From Mobula hypostoma (Eukaryota): a stretch of DNA of 64,000 bases. Within the stretch, counting starts at the first letter, position 1. Each line of letters begins with the position of its first letter. The notes under the pieces were generated by a model, which searched no databases, was not told the origin of the DNA, and worked only from the letters and a program-made list of their open reading frames with translations. Where the stretch lies: contig NC_086108.1 in NCBI RefSeq assembly GCF_963921235.1, positions 95,172,001-95,236,000 on the forward strand. The letters are read 5' to 3'. A program made the translations under genes and the position numbers. Shown one piece after another: positions 50,400 to 62,300 of this stretch.

Positions 50400-53300
50400 G
50401 AGAACTAAACAGATCGTGCAAGCAGCAACAAGAAAGAACTGTTGAAAATACAATACCACAACATAAATCTGAAAGAATCCAATTGAACTATAGTCCAATC
50501 CATAAATCGCAGACCCAGAACTTTGGTACCTTCCTCCTACAGCACTGAGGAAATGAGAGACAATTCGAATGCAGGGGATGTGATGAAATTATCTGCATGG
50601 GTGGCGTGCAGAACAATGTTCAGTAATAAACCAATTTACTATTTTACTTGTATTAGATAACTGCATGAGAGTCCTTTTCAATCATACTGCAGCTTGAGGT
50701 GTGATTTGTTATTTATTCTTTATGGTGAAATGTTAGCTTTGGTCTGAATAATTGTACTCTGCTTCTTGGTTGCTATTAGAATATAATTATGCTTGTTGAA
50801 CTATCTTCTATCTGAGCTGATGCAAGCTGTAGTCTGCACAATAAATTTTAAGTTGTGCATCCAAATCTACCCTTAAATTCATTCCGCATTACTTTTAAAA
50901 ATTTTTCTAACTTTACTAAAATATTACAGAAAACCTATTTATTTCTGTCTTTTAACGTTCTATTCTGCAAGTCATTCTTTTAAACTGTCATTGATTTTAC
51001 AGTATTAAGTTGATTTATGGTATTGTACTGCATTATAAAGTCTGTTGAAGTTGAATGCATTGAAACAGTAGTGTTGACATTTTGTTTGCATCTTTTGGTT
51101 GAATTTAAGTTTAGTTAAATACAAGTTTAAAAAAAGTAGACATTTCTCTAAACAGCAGCATGATGGTTGTGTTCTGCTGAATGCTTCTTTGCTTTGGTTA
51201 GTTTTATAAGCTGCATTGGAAAATGGAACACTAATGTGAGTACTAACGTGCAGTAGTTTCAGAGTTAATTAGAAAAATTTAAACTCTAAGAGACCAAAAA
51301 AATGGCAAAACTTTAACATTCTGTAAACATCAATTATAATTTTCTGAAGTATACATTTGCTAAAAGCCTCTAATAATAGCATGGCTTCTTATTAATTACA
51401 TATCTAGTTGCACAAAATGGAATGTGGCCCTGTGTATGACACAATAGACAATTACTAGCTTTTTGCTTTGCAAATTTCAGTTCTTTAGTCTTTTAGTGTA
51501 ACACCTCTGTGCTTTGCTAAATCGTGAAGTGGTGCAAGTTCTTACTCACTGTTCATCTCCTTTCAGCACATATAATATGACATCTGAACTGTTATAGTGG
51601 CAGAAAAAGCTGTTTTGAGGAGTAAAAGTGACAACACCTTCCATAATTGTCATGCAGTTTCTCTCCTGCCAGGTTTTACAGTTTTTTTAAATCAAAGTTT
51701 CTTTTGTGTTCATTGTTTTCTAGTCTTTCTCTTATATCTGTCTGGATTTTTCCTTTGTAGGAAAGTGCTTCTTTGGCAGATAGATTGATTCAGGTACAGT
51801 TTGTCATCCTACCCATATTTTATACAATGGATCAATGCTGCATCCCTTGAGAGAAACTGTCATCTTATACTTTTGTTTACCGTTTCTTCCTGGTTTTTGC
51901 CCACTATTTTTATGTAATGATGTGTGTTTCTGGAAAAAGGTTACTTTTTAAAAATTGTTTTATTAAATTGTTTCTTTACAATATTTTTTCAAATAATTGA
52001 CAGTGAAGGGAAAAGAAGTGTAATCGTAATGAAATCAGTATCCTGTTGAAATTAAAATTTTACATGCAACCAGTAAACACTTTAATGAATGACCATTCCA
52101 GATGCACATTCTTAAGTTTAAAAAAAATATGTAATCTACATGAAGGAGTGTTTATAATTGTAATGCATGTTCAACTCCTCACTAACTCTAAGTTTTCTAA
52201 TTCAATCAAGGCCATTAATTCTTACCACATGTATGTTAGCAGAATTGCATGTAGAAAATTTGGTAAGTGCTTTACATTGCTAAACAGTATCATTAGGCAA
52301 AAACTTCAAACAATAAAATCTAATGTTTGTCCTCCGGGATGTATTACTAATCAACCAATGTAAATTCAAAAAACTTTTCACTACTCCCCCACACCAATCC
52401 TTATTCCCTGCACAATTGTGTCCTAAGGGACAAGTGACAAGGGCACAAGAGGCAGAGGAAAACTACCTCATTAAACGGGAGCTGGCCACCATTAAACAGC
52501 AGAGTGATGAGGCTAGTGCTAAGCTGGAGAAAGCTCAGAATGCCTTCAGGGAACTCCAAGAGCAACGGGTAAGGAGGCTGGCAGCATCATCTATTTCCTG
52601 TTCGTCATTGCTTTATTTGCACCTTATTGTTCATGCCATCTTGTCTCATTTTCAGCGCATTATTTTTGTGTTTGTTCAGTAAATGGACAGAATGCTTTGC
52701 ACTTTATTTTTCCCTTTTCTTCCTAGGTCATTTTGTTTTTCGGGTTCTGTGCTCATGACAGATTAGGTTTTCTCTCAATTTGTGGTTTAGCATAAAATCC
52801 ATAATCTGTAGTTTATATCCCAGCAGTCAATTATACATCTGGATCAGCATGATGTGAATACTTGCGTTCAGAAATTATGGAGGATTCTTGCAATTTTTAA
52901 AGTTGCTTAAAATTTTAACGTAGGGAGCCAGAGACTATAAGATTCATTTGAACAGCATATCATTTGAACAGCGTAACTGAATGAGATAGTTGATTGCAGG
53001 ATTGAATTTATACGGTTTGTGATTTATTTAACTTTCGCAAGATTTGCTTAAGAAATAATATATTTAAAAGCAGGACATTAATAAATGATCAAAATAAATC
53101 TGACAAAATAATCCAGCGGTCATGAAAAGTTGAATGATGGAAAATCATTTTGCAACATTTCAGTACATGACTGCAGTTGCTGGCTTGGTTCTTGGGGAAG
53201 AGTTGTTTCTTATAGCCTTTCATATAAATTTCATAGACAGTAGTAAACAATTGGTGCACAGTTTAGTTGCAAGATCCCTTCGTTCAGAGACACACCACTA

Positions 53301-56300
53301 TATTTATATATTTGAACGAATATTGATATCGGTGGCTGCTAATATGATTACAGCTGCCCTTTAAATTTCATTTACCATCGCAGTTGACTTTCTGGCTATA
53401 TTCAACCTAATTGTAAGACCAGAAGGGACATTTGAATTTTACTGCTGGATTTGCTAATGAACCCAGTGACCTATATTTCAAACTCCCTTGGTGATTCTGT
53501 AAGCATTTGCTTGTACGTTGCTGAAATTCCCTTGTAACTTTAGTGAGCTCACTGAATGTTTAATTTCAACACCTCAGAATGTTGATACATGAACTGCCCT
53601 CCCAATCCTTTGCTGCTTTGCATATTTTGTATTCCCTTATTATTTAGGTGCAGGTTTCACTGGTGTTTTGAGTGACAACTTGAAATTGTGTTGTGCGGTA
53701 AGGATGGATTACAGTTATTTGTTTTGGCTTATAGACACACAGTGGCTTGCAAGATGTTTAACATCCATTACAGATTTGATGCAAACATTTCTTTCACAAA
53801 AATTGCTGTTCATTTACATTTATTTTAACTCTAAATAATAGTTATATTATTTCAGAGAAGTTCAAAGTCTTAGCTCAATTAACACTTAGAAGAGGCCATC
53901 AAGTAGTCAATGATTTCATATTCCTTTAGCTAGGTCCTTAAGCTCACAGAACCTATCTTGACCACAAATGCTCACTATCAAGTTCATCTGTCTTAATTAG
54001 CAAATGGCATGTATAACTGCAAGGAGCTACACCAATCAGAAATTCCATTGAAACATTTTTGGTGTAGAACACAGTCTAAAAGCATTTAGCAAAAAAATTA
54101 TTAGGTGGTAATTGACAACTCACGAGGAATAGGAGAAGCTCAATCTTGGTCAAACAGAATGAAGAAAGACTTTAATTTAAGCCTTTAAAATTAACTAAGT
54201 ACTGTTAAGTAGTCACTTCATAAGGAGGAAATGGAGCAGTAACTTTGCAATTTCCATGAAAATGTGTTTGGGTAATGGCTGGATAATCTGTATTCTTGTG
54301 ATATATGAGGAATAAATGTTGCCAGGTAAATGGGTGAAATTATCATGTTCTTCTTCAAGGTAGTCTCCAGGTATTGTTTCCTTCCATTTGAGAAGACAAA
54401 TTGCCATAATTAAATATTGCATCCAAAAATGTTGGTAAAATTTACAACAATCTGTAGGTTGTCTTGCTGACTCGTATTGAATTGTAAATAGCTGCCCCAT
54501 AAAGATTTCCTTAAAAATCTTTTTCGATTGTTATCCTAGGGAGATGGAGGAAGGTTGCAGGATTGCTTCAGAACATATAAAGATTTCAAATTAATGTCTT
54601 GAGAGTCTCCTTGGTTTAAAGGAGCATTTCAAAGAAGAGGGAGTACAGAAACATGTATGTTCGGAATTTGGAGTGTCCGATCCAGATGATTGAAGATCAG
54701 GCAGCCAATAGTGATAGAACTGATTTGGAGGTGTACAGAAGAGGGCTTAGTTATCAGATGCTGCATTGCCTTGAATTATAAATGAATGTTGTTACTGAGA
54801 TGTGGAGGGAGTGAGGCCATGAAAACATCTGAAAAGGGTTGAGATTTTAAAATCAGAGCCCGAATGAACCAGAAGCTAGAATGAGTTAGCAGTGGTATTA
54901 TGAGGGACTTGCTATAGATTAAGCTTCATGGTGCATTTTTTTTAGGAAATTGAACATGGGAGGCTGATCAACAAGCTACTGTCATTACTGGGAATGAACA
55001 CGTACGTGAATAATTTTCTAAAGCAGAAGACGTATCAGAACTTTGAGAGTTAAATAAGATAGCATTTTTTGAAAAATATCTTGAGCTGTGTGATAGTGCA
55101 GGCAGTTAGCACTCATAGCTCCTAAGATCCAGGTTTGATCCTGACCACAGATACTACCCGTTTAGAGTTTGCACTTTCCTGTGGGCCTGTGCTGGTGTCA
55201 GGTCTGCTGGTTTCTCACAACTCCAAGATGTGATGACTGATTAATTACACCACCTCACTGGTGAGCAGCAGAGCAGGGGGTTAATGACCATGTGAATGAG
55301 AATAAGCTGTAGGTTTACAGGGAAATTGTGTGTGTGTTGGGAGTGGGTCTGATGGAGACTAGCCTCATGTTATATAGTGAGGGAATACAGCATGAGCCAT
55401 TGTATAGGAAGGGCATTTTCATAAATTAACATCATGAATGTTGAGTCCCAACAAGTGAAAGTGAACACTTGTGCATTAGTTCTACATTGTTAAATTCCAT
55501 ATGGTACAATTTAGTGTCACTTAAACTATACATAATTTGTGTGGTACAAGTTTGAAGGAAAAATTGATGGTCTGAAGAGCTTTTTAATGAAGGTGTATAC
55601 TATACTAGATAGTTTGGCTTTCTTTTTTAAAAAAAAAAAGTTGTTCAATGATTTTGTAAGAATATTTTTCTGCAAAAGCATCATGATTTGTTTGTGCAGT
55701 TTCAGGAGTACCATTTAATGGCTTATTTCCATGATGTAAATTTTCTGTATTCCTGTGTATTGTTGACTGTTTTCATTTCATTGTGGATTGTGGAATGTTA
55801 ATCAAAGGATGTATTTTATCCTTGGACTCCAATGACATCTATGCTGTATTTCATAACAGCTAAAGCTGGGACCTTTTGTTTAGTTATAGATGTTGTATTT
55901 CTGCACATTTACAATTATTATTTGAAAAATGATGTGGCCAACAAATATAACAAAATGAGTCGAGGTGACTTATTTTCAATTATATATTTATGCAATATCC
56001 TGTTTTATATGCCAAAAGGTTTAATTTATTATTATTTCATATTTATGTACATTCTGCATTTTATTAAATTGTATGCTTGAGTAGAAGCAAAATATAATTC
56101 AAGGCAGATGTAGAACAGGGTGTTTGCTTAAAAAATCATATGTATTCCAACGTATATTGAATTGACTTCTTTAAAAGAGGACTGAGTGTTCTCATAATGT
56201 AGAAAAAACAAAATGTGACAGAATCAAATACCAAATGTGCTTTTATTATTCTAGGAAGAAATAACTCATTGTAGTGTAGTGGATTATTTTAAGTACTGTT

Positions 56301-59300
56301 TGGGGAAATCAAACTAGAACACAAGTTCATGTAGCAGCTGTTGACCAGGAACTATCCAGTACCATCATGGCTGAACTCCAAATCAACTCCACTTTTCCCA
56401 CCCTATCTTGTACTGTATGTCCGTTCTCCAGAAAATACTAATACATATTTGAATGTGAAATACTGCATCAAATCTTATGTACAATTGAGTAACATCTAAA
56501 AAGCAATATTTTATTGATAATATTCAGGAAATAAAATGATTGTTTTTTGTGATGGAAATTGATATAACCTGTTTAAAAGAGCTTAATTCTTGCAACAAGA
56601 GATTTTTTTTTGTTCCAATTTAATTAGTTTTGGCTGCTGATGGATGGACACATGTTTAAAATATTGAGAGTTTTACCCAGTTAGCATGGAGTTTTTGATC
56701 CTACAACATTTGTTTCAACAATTTGTGATGACCATGTATAATGGGACTGAAAAAAGTTTCATTATCAATACCCTCCAGGATATAAATTAGAAAGCTGCTA
56801 AAGTGTTGATGGAGGGAAATTTTGTGTGTAAATGTGTACATACAAAAATATTTATTTTGATTGCAATGCCTTTATTTACCAAACTACAAGTAATATTAAA
56901 GCTCGTGCTTAGAAAGTGGCTATTTACCAAATCTGAATTGTGCCGCACAAATTCGAGTTAAGCCAAACCATCAAAGCTTGGATTTTGTGTCTAATTAGGA
57001 ATTTATGACCAATGCCTTCTTTTCAAATGCTTTTTGTGTTAAATTTTTGTTGATGCTTCAATTGGATTTACATTTATATTGCATATCTTGTGCACACTCC
57101 AGTGTGGTGTGCCTGAGCAATGATGAGTATGAAGCTAAAGCTATATTGGGAATTCAAGGGCTGTAAGGTTTGTATTTATTGCAATGGTAAATAGGATAAA
57201 TGGTTGTTTGCAGATTTTATAAATCTGATGAATTCTGTGTGAGGATAAACATCTCAAAAGGACAATCTTAAAAATGTAAAATATAGATTTAGAAAAATAT
57301 GCTGGCAGTTTATTGGAGTGCACAGAATGTACATTAGTGGAATGTTTATTTTGTGCATTGAGATCGAGATCCTAAATTTGAAAAATCCAATCGATTGCAC
57401 AGATTTTCCTTAAATCATTTGATATATGCACTCCATGCACTTTGAATTATATTTCATTAACTTGTTTGTGGTAATATTTTATGTGCTGTGTTTGACATAT
57501 GTTTCGTGGGTGCACCAGAGGAACGTTGTTTCATTTGGTTGCATGTATGACAACTGTCTTGACAATTGTCTTGAAGTTGAACTTGATCTATACAATGTTT
57601 ACTGAGTTATTCATTAATACATCTTAATTGCCATTACTGTAAAATAAAGCTGGATCTTAAAGCTTTGACCAAAGCTTTTGCAAGAGTAAATCAGATTAAC
57701 TCTACTTCCCAAGCATTTCATATTGTAAATCCCTAGGGTTAAAAAGCTTCTCTATTTGATGATTTTTGGAAATTGACACTGAAGTACCTTTTTATAAATG
57801 CTGTTTTCTTTTCTAGCATAAATGTAACCCACGGTACAGTGAGGATTTTGTTCTGCAGTTGGAGACTGAGCTCGTGCAGGCAAGGTTAAGAGAAGCAGAG
57901 TCACAATGTGCACTTAAAGAGATGCAGGACAAAATCCTGGACATAGAAAAGGTATGTGACATAATTTGAATTTGCATTTGTAGCATAGTCAACTCAAACT
58001 TCCATTCTCATTTCATCACATTCTTTATTGTTAAAATTTCAGTGTTTTCCATTTGAACATGAAAGTTCATGAAACTTAACTTTTTTCAGTCAAACGGAGC
58101 AATGCAAAGTGGCATTTAATTATGCCACGTACTATTTTCAGGAAGCTTTTCTTATAGGGAAAAGTGGTGGGTAATGCTATTGGTGAAAGGTTAACACAAA
58201 ACAAAGACTGACATGCATCATCTAATCATAGCAAAAGGAGTCAGAAGATCAGAAGGGAACAATTTACTATCTAGCTGTAAATTTGTAATTTAAGTTTGTT
58301 AATAAAATATAATTGTAAGAAACTGTCGGGATAGGGAGAAAAGGACTGAAAGAAATAGATTAATAAAGACAAACTTTAGATTCCTTGGCTATTTGATGTC
58401 TGACAACATTAAGGAGTATTGTTTGCATAATATATTGGCCTACTAAAGGATTTTGTACTGAACTATAACAACCCAGAGTGAACTATATACCTTTTGGTGT
58501 TCTTCTGACTCTGAACATTAAAACAACAAAAAAATCAATAGCATACTTGTTCCATCTGTTCAATGTTTTTTTAATGCATGGTTTGAAAGGGAGAATAAAA
58601 GTACACCTGTGAGAATCACTGCAGCATCTAGTGACCCTGTGGTCTCTGTCTTCGAGGCTGAAGTCAGAACATCTTTCAAGAGAGTGAACCCTTGCAAGGC
58701 ATCAGGCCCCTGATGGTGAACCTGGTTCGGCATTGAAAACCTATGGCAACCAACTGATGGGAATGTTCAGGGACATCTTCAATCTCTCACTGCTGCAGTC
58801 AGAGGTTCCCACTTGTTTCAAAAGGGCGTCAATTATGTTAGTGCCCAGGAAGAGCAGGGTGAGCTGCCTCAACATCTATCATCCAGTGGCACTCTCACCT
58901 AACTGTGATGAAATGCTTTGAGAGTTCGGTCACGGCCAGAATCAACTCTTGCCTAAGTAGGGACCTGGATCTGCTGCAGTTTGCCTATCACCTTCATAGG
59001 TCTACAGGGGATGCAGCCTCACTGGCTTTTCACTCGACCTTGGTTCATCTGGACAACAGTAATACCTATGTTAGGCTGCTGTTTATCGATTATAGCTCAG
59101 CATCCAACACAATAATACCCTCAGTTTTAATCAATAAGCTCCCAAGCTTAGGCCTCTGTACTTCCTTTGAAACAATCTGTGTGGATTGGAAATAACATCT
59201 CCTCGCTGACAGTCAACACTGGTGCACCTTAAGGATGTGTGCTTAGCCCACTGCTCTACTCTTTCTACACCCACGGCTGTGTGGCTAGTGTGACAGAAAA

Positions 59301-62300
59301 AAGCCAGTTATCAGAAGATTGATGCCAATAAGAGGACAATGGGGGAACCTTCAAGAGATGTTAATGAGAGACAAGAGGGATTAACGGAAAGGAGACACAG
59401 TTCCGAGTATTGTCAGAGACCGGGGCTTTGAACCCTGAACTGTTTGAAGTTTGATGGACAGGCGATACCCCAGCAGGGGGATTAATAAGGGACAGATTCG
59501 CTAAGGCAACAGACACATGACTCCACGAGGTAACGAGACCCTGAAAGCGGTGTGCCTCCCCCACTAGTTGGTGGGAGTTTTTGGAGGTCTGGTCGCGGGA
59601 CCAGCCATAGACGCACAGTGTAGAAAGGTACGGATCGGCGGGAACCTGGTGTGTGTGTCCACCCTTGCCTGGGTGCCGGGTTCACCGCAGAAGAACGATT
59701 GTATCTGGAACAGAGGGGTCACAGTCGGTGACCTCAGAAGACATTACAAAGGGCTCGCCCGAAAGCTGACTGCGAGGAATATCGAAGGTCTGTTTGGAAT
59801 CCGATTTGAATATTCATTCGTTCTCTCTCTCCCCCCCCCCGCCCCCAACGGCACAACAGTGATTACTGTGAACTGAACTGAACTCAATTGAACTGAACTT
59901 TGCGTCACTTGAAACTGGTCATTTACCCCTAGACGGCGATAGGGCTTGATTGATCCTATTATCCTAGTTCTGTGTACATGTGTGTTTATCATTGCTGAAC
60001 TGTTGCATTTATTATCCTTTTGATTAGAGTACTGTGTTGCTTATTTCTTTAATAAAACTTTCTTAGTTCCAGTAATCCAGACTCCAACTAAGTGGTCCAT
60101 TTCTGCTGGTTTGGCAACCCAGCTACGGGGTACGTAACACTAGGCACAGCTCAAATACCATCTGTAAGTTTGCCAATGATGCAACTATTATTGGTGGAAT
60201 TTCATATGATGTGAAAAGGCATACAGGAACGAGATAGATCAGCTGGTTGAACGGGGTCGCTGCAACAACTTTGCAGTTATCATCAGTTAGGCTAAGGGGT
60301 TGATTGTGGACTTGAGGAAGGGGAAGTTGAGGGACACACGCAAGTTCTCACTAGGGGATCAGCAGTGGAAAGGGTGAGTAGTTTCAAGTTCCTGGATGTT
60401 AATATCTCTGAAGATTGATCCTGTTCCAACATATTACTGCATTTACAAAGAAGGCATGACAGTGCCTCTATTTCATTAAGAGTAAGAGGAGACTTAGTAT
60501 GTCACCAAAGACTCTTCGCAAATTTCTGCAGCTTTATTGTGAAGAGCATTCTAGTTGATTGCCTCGCATGGGGGTATGGGGATGGGGGGGAGAGGGTATT
60601 ACACAGGATCAGAAAAGCTGCAGGAAGTTGTAAATTCAGTTAGCTTCATCATGGGCCCCAGCCTATCCAGCCTCGAAGACACCTTCACAAGGCAGTGCTT
60701 CAAGAAGGCAGCATCCATCATTAAGGACTCCCATCACCTGGACATGCCCTCATCACATTCAAGGAGGAGGTACAGAAGCTTGAAGACAACACTAAACATT
60801 TCAGGAACAGCTTTTCCCCTCTGCCATCAGATTTTGGAGTGGACATTAAACCTATGAACACTACATCATGTTGTTTTGCTCTTTTTGTCTACTTTCTTAA
60901 TTTTAATTTATATTTCTTATTGTAATTTATAACGATTTTTTTATTATGTGTTGTAATGTACTCTTAATAACAAATTTCATGATGTATGCCAGTGATATTA
61001 AATCTGATTCTGATTTCTAGCTCAGAGCTTAAATAGTGTTTTAATTTTGTGGAAATGATAATACATTTAATGCTAATTTATTTTTCTTCCTTCAACGTAC
61101 AATATTTTCCTGGAGGTTTTCTTTCCTTTCCATTGCACTTTAACATGACCACGCCAGATTTCTTCTCCACTGCCTGTTAGAAAAATCATCCATCTTCTTT
61201 TACAAGGCTTATTTAATATTTTGCTGCATGGTAGCATATCATTTAGCAAAAAGCTATTACAACGTCAGTGACCCGGTTTCAACTCCCGCCTTTGTCTGTC
61301 AGGAGTTTGTACGTTGTCTCTGTGATCACATGGGTTTCTTCCAGATGCTCCACTTTCTTCCCACATTCCAAAGATGTATGGGTTAGTAGGTTAATTGGAC
61401 ACAATGGTGTAACAGGGCACCGTGGTTTTGTTGGGCTAGAAGGGCCAATTACCATGCTGTATCTCTAAATAAAATAAAATAAATAATAAAAAGGTATCTT
61501 AATTCCTTCATTTTGATCAATTTAACTGAGACAAGATCAGTTCTTACTAAAAGTTTAAAAGGTGGTGCATTTCATGTATCTTGTAAGATCTGATCAGGAT
61601 ATTTCCAAGCGGCACAAGTAAGTTGTCCATCTTAGAGCTTGCATCCAATATCTTGTAAGTAGAATGCATTTATGGACATTGGTATTTCTGAACTGTGCTA
61701 ATCATTTGACTTTAATGTGTTGCGCAGTATGAGGCAAATCTTGTAATTTAACAGGCATTTACTGAATTCTGACGGTACGCTACATTGAATAACAACTTTG
61801 TAGAATAGCAAAATATTGTTCAACAAACTTCGCTCGTCCTTCAGTGAGCTAGTGTTTCTTGCATGATTTGACTAAGCATGCATACCAGTTTATGAGAAGA
61901 ATAATATATTGAAATGCTAATGTGTAGCACCATTCAGCAGAAGAATGGGTTTGAAAGCAATTGCCGTGTTCTTATTTGGGCTATGAATAGCATTGATGAG
62001 GTGAGTAGTAGATAGTAACTGCGTAAAAGAAAATTGGTTTGTATACCTTGCAAATTAGATTTTCATGTCTGGGTTGTGTGTTTAACCACTCCAGTGCAGA
62101 CACAACATAGTATCTCTGAAAGTCAAGCAGCGTCTCTGTAAAAAGAGTTAACATTTCAGGTCAAGTAGCTTTAAATCATCAAATATTCTCCATCTTCATT
62201 GAGTTGGAATGCCAATTTGTGCCAGTTTGCTCTTTATGTCTATAATATGAACACTAATATAAAGAAATAATCAGATTATCAGACCAGTTATACAATTGTG

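Noticed and set aside
50101..50548. ORFs with HTHT or CVCV repeats
   Set aside because: Translations of the (CA)n repeat.
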